64,000 bases of DNA from Nitrospinales bacterium (GTDB lineage Bacteria; Nitrospinota; Nitrospinia; Nitrospinales; VA-1): positions 2,752,001 to 2,816,000 of the forward strand of contig CBDCWG010000012.1 in NCBI GenBank assembly GCA_965223345.1, in the 5' to 3' direction. The notes under the pieces were generated by a model. That model was not told the DNA's origin. It did not search any database and saw only the letters and a program-made list of their open reading frames with translations. This document shows positions 62,003 through 64,000 of the stretch, piece by piece (position 1 is the stretch's first letter; the number at the start of each line of letters is the position of its first letter). Position numbers and translations under genes: made by a program.

Positions 62003-62031
62003 AATTTATCATAGGGGTATCGCACTGTCAA
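62003..62031 (-). promoter_or_regulatory. Near-consensus sigma70 promoter
   Basis: TTGACA-17 nt-TAAATT with a TGn extended -10. Confidence 0.75.
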
Positions 62032-62261
62032 TACAATTCTAGTAAATCCGGGTCATTTCGAGCCCGGAGCAGCGAAATAATCCTTTTATTTATATATATT
62101 TACAAGGCACCCTGAAAAACTGCCCTATTTTTGGGCAAAATAAATCCTTATTTTTCAATGGTTTACGATTCAGGAGGGTGCGGCGGCGGTGGGGAGATAT
62201 TCGGCTGGGGAAATTCGGGCTCACAATATAAATAACTCATTATAATTCAATAATTTAATCA

Positions 62262-63086
62262 TCATATAGCCTCGAACGGCACCGGGATGAAGGTCAAAAT
62301 GAATATGAGAAGCGACAGGTATCCCAGCCGCTTTTCCCGCGGGCCGATGGTCTCCACCGGATCGAGCAGCGGCGCGGGCTTGAAGCCGATCAGGGCGATC
62401 ATCAGCGCCCAGAACCACCATCCGGCCCAGAAATATCCGAGGGGAAATAGCAGCACGAAAAACACGCGTGCGGCGATGTGGTAATGCCTTCCCGCCATCG
62501 CATACAGGATGTGCCCGCCGTCGAGCTGGCCGATGGGCAACAGATTCAATGCGGTGACCAGCAACCCGATCCATCCGGCAAAGGCGACGGGATGCAACTC
62601 GATGTTGATGTCGGGCGACAGCGGCGAGATGCCCAGAACCAGTTCGGAAAGCAGCGTCAGCAAAATGGAGCTGCCGAAGGAAAGCCCCTGCACCGGATCG
62701 GCCGCGCTGGTGGTCGATAAGGCCAGTCCGACCATGAGCGTGGGCACCGCCACCACGAAACCCGCGATGGGACCGGCCGCTCCGATTTCGATGAGCACGC
62801 GGCGGTTGGGGATCTGGTCCTTGATCTGGATGAACGCGCCGAACGTGCCGGCGATGAAAATGGGCGGTGCGGGAATGAAAAACGGCAGCGTCGCCTTGAC
62901 GTTGTTTTTGCGGCTGGCCCAGTAGTGGCCGAACTCGTGCGTGCCCAGAATCAGGAGCAGGGAAAAGGAAAACACGAAGCCGCCGACCAGGTAGGTGGTG
63001 CCGATCGTCGCCGCCAGCAGGACGGAAAAGATGACCCAGTCTCTCGGTGCGGGGTGCGTTGCCGGCAACGGCTGTTCCAGGCTCAC
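62262..63086 (-). CDS. Site-2 protease (peptidase M50)
   Basis: HEFGH, GTFGAFI, AAGPIAG, NLLPIGQLDGG; GTGA overlap with the proA stop. Confidence 0.9.
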   Translation of the reverse strand: MSLEQPLPATHPAPRDWVIFSVLLAATIGTTYLVGGFVFSFSLLLILGTHEFGHYWASRKNNVKATLPFFIPAPPIFIAGTFGAFIQIKDQIPNRRVLIEIGAAGPIAGFVVAVPTLMVGLALSTTSAADPVQGLSFGSSILLTLLSELVLGISPLSPDINIELHPVAFAGWIGLLVTALNLLPIGQLDGGHILYAMAGRHYHIAARVFFVLLFPLGYFWAGWWFWALMIALIGFKPAPLLDPVETIGPREKRLGYLSLLIFILTFIPVPFEAI

Positions 63087-64000
63087 GGGATGCGGCGACC
63101 GCTCGCGTCGAGGTGTTTGTGTGTGAACGCCCTGCCCTGCTTGCCGGAATAATCGCCGACGGTCTGCCCCTCGCCGATCAGTTTGTATTTGTAGATCACC
63201 AGACCTTCGAGACCGACCGGGCCGCGCGCGTGCGTCTTGTTGGTGCTGATGCCGATCTCCGCACCCAGGCCGTAACGGAATCCGTCCGCGAAGCGGGTGG
63301 AGGCGTTCCACATCACGCTGGCGGAATCGACTTCGTTGAGAAAGCGTTCCGCGGTGGCGGCGTCCTCGGTGAGAATCGTGTCGGTGTGACCGGAACCGTG
63401 CGCGTTGATGAACGCGATCGCCTCGTCCACACTCGACACCACGCGCAGCGCCAGTTTCAAGTCGTTGTATTCGGTATCCCATTCGCCATCATCGGCTTTT
63501 TTGACCTGCGGTGCGAGCGCGCACACGCGGTTGCAACCCACCAGCTCGACGTTTTTTTCCGTCAACGCTCGAACCAGGTCGGGAAGGATCGCCTTCGCGG
63601 CGTCCTCATGGATGAGCAGCGTCTCCACGGCGTTGCAGGCGGCGGGGTACTGCAGTTTAGCATCGAGGCTCACGCGCACCGCCTTCTTCGCATCGGCCTT
63701 CGCATCGATGTAAACGTGGCAGATGCCTTCGGAGTGCCCGAGCACCGGGATTTTGGTGTTTTCCTGAATGTATTTCACAAAGGCGTTGCTGCCGCGCGGC
63801 ACGATGAGGCTGATGTTCTTCTCTTCGTCGAGCATTTCCGCCACTTCCGCACGGGTTTCGATCATCTGCACCGCGGTTGCGGGAATGCCGGAGACGCCGG
63901 CGATCGCTTCGGTCAACAGACCGACGATGGTTTTATTCGTGTTCTGGGCTTCGCGGCCGCCCTTCAAGATAACGGCGTTGCCGGATTTGAGGCACAACGA
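63083..64000 (-). CDS. proA: Gamma-glutamyl phosphate reductase; N-terminus beyond the window end
   Basis: KSGNAVILKGG, GICHVY, ACNAVETLL, GSGHTD, NASTRFADG, GAEIGIST..HARGPVGL. Confidence 0.96.
   Translation of the reverse strand, partial: SLCLKSGNAVILKGGREAQNTNKTIVGLLTEAIAGVSGIPATAVQMIETRAEVAEMLDEEKNISLIVPRGSNAFVKYIQENTKIPVLGHSEGICHVYIDAKADAKKAVRVSLDAKLQYPAACNAVETLLIHEDAAKAILPDLVRALTEKNVELVGCNRVCALAPQVKKADDGEWDTEYNDLKLALRVVSSVDEAIAFINAHGSGHTDTILTEDAATAERFLNEVDSASVMWNASTRFADGFRYGLGAEIGISTNKTHARGPVGLEGLVIYKYKLIGEGQTVGDYSGKQGRAFTHKHLDASGRRIP

Overview
64 kb of GC-rich bacterial chromosome, mostly housekeeping genes (recO, queA, eno-ftsB, hemL, mtnP, asd-leuB, truA, dprA-topA-trmFO, proA). Gene content (NirK, a cytochrome c554 homologue, FGE-domain and TRAP genes) resembles a nitrite oxidiser such as Nitrospina; this is inference only. 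No rRNA, tRNA, CRISPR array, transposase or integrase was recognised. Main points of interest: (1) three tandem GAF-GAF-PilB/GspE ATPase genes with no neighbouring pilus genes, the third carrying a natural Walker-B E->Q change and other active-site losses; (2) a stand-alone tetraheme c554 homologue with a CX3CH motif and an apparent His->Met ligand swap; (3) a NirK with Leu replacing the type-1 Cu axial Met, translationally coupled to a MOSC gene; (4) a 762-aa coiled coil built from about 20 tandem 31-residue repeats; (5) tandem NrdR-like boxes before an A-before-B type IIA topoisomerase pair; (6) two candidate structured RNAs, each with a promoter and a U-tailed stem; (7) an unannotated 37-aa membrane peptide and a small phage-like relic. 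Family calls come from motif recognition by eye, not from database searches.
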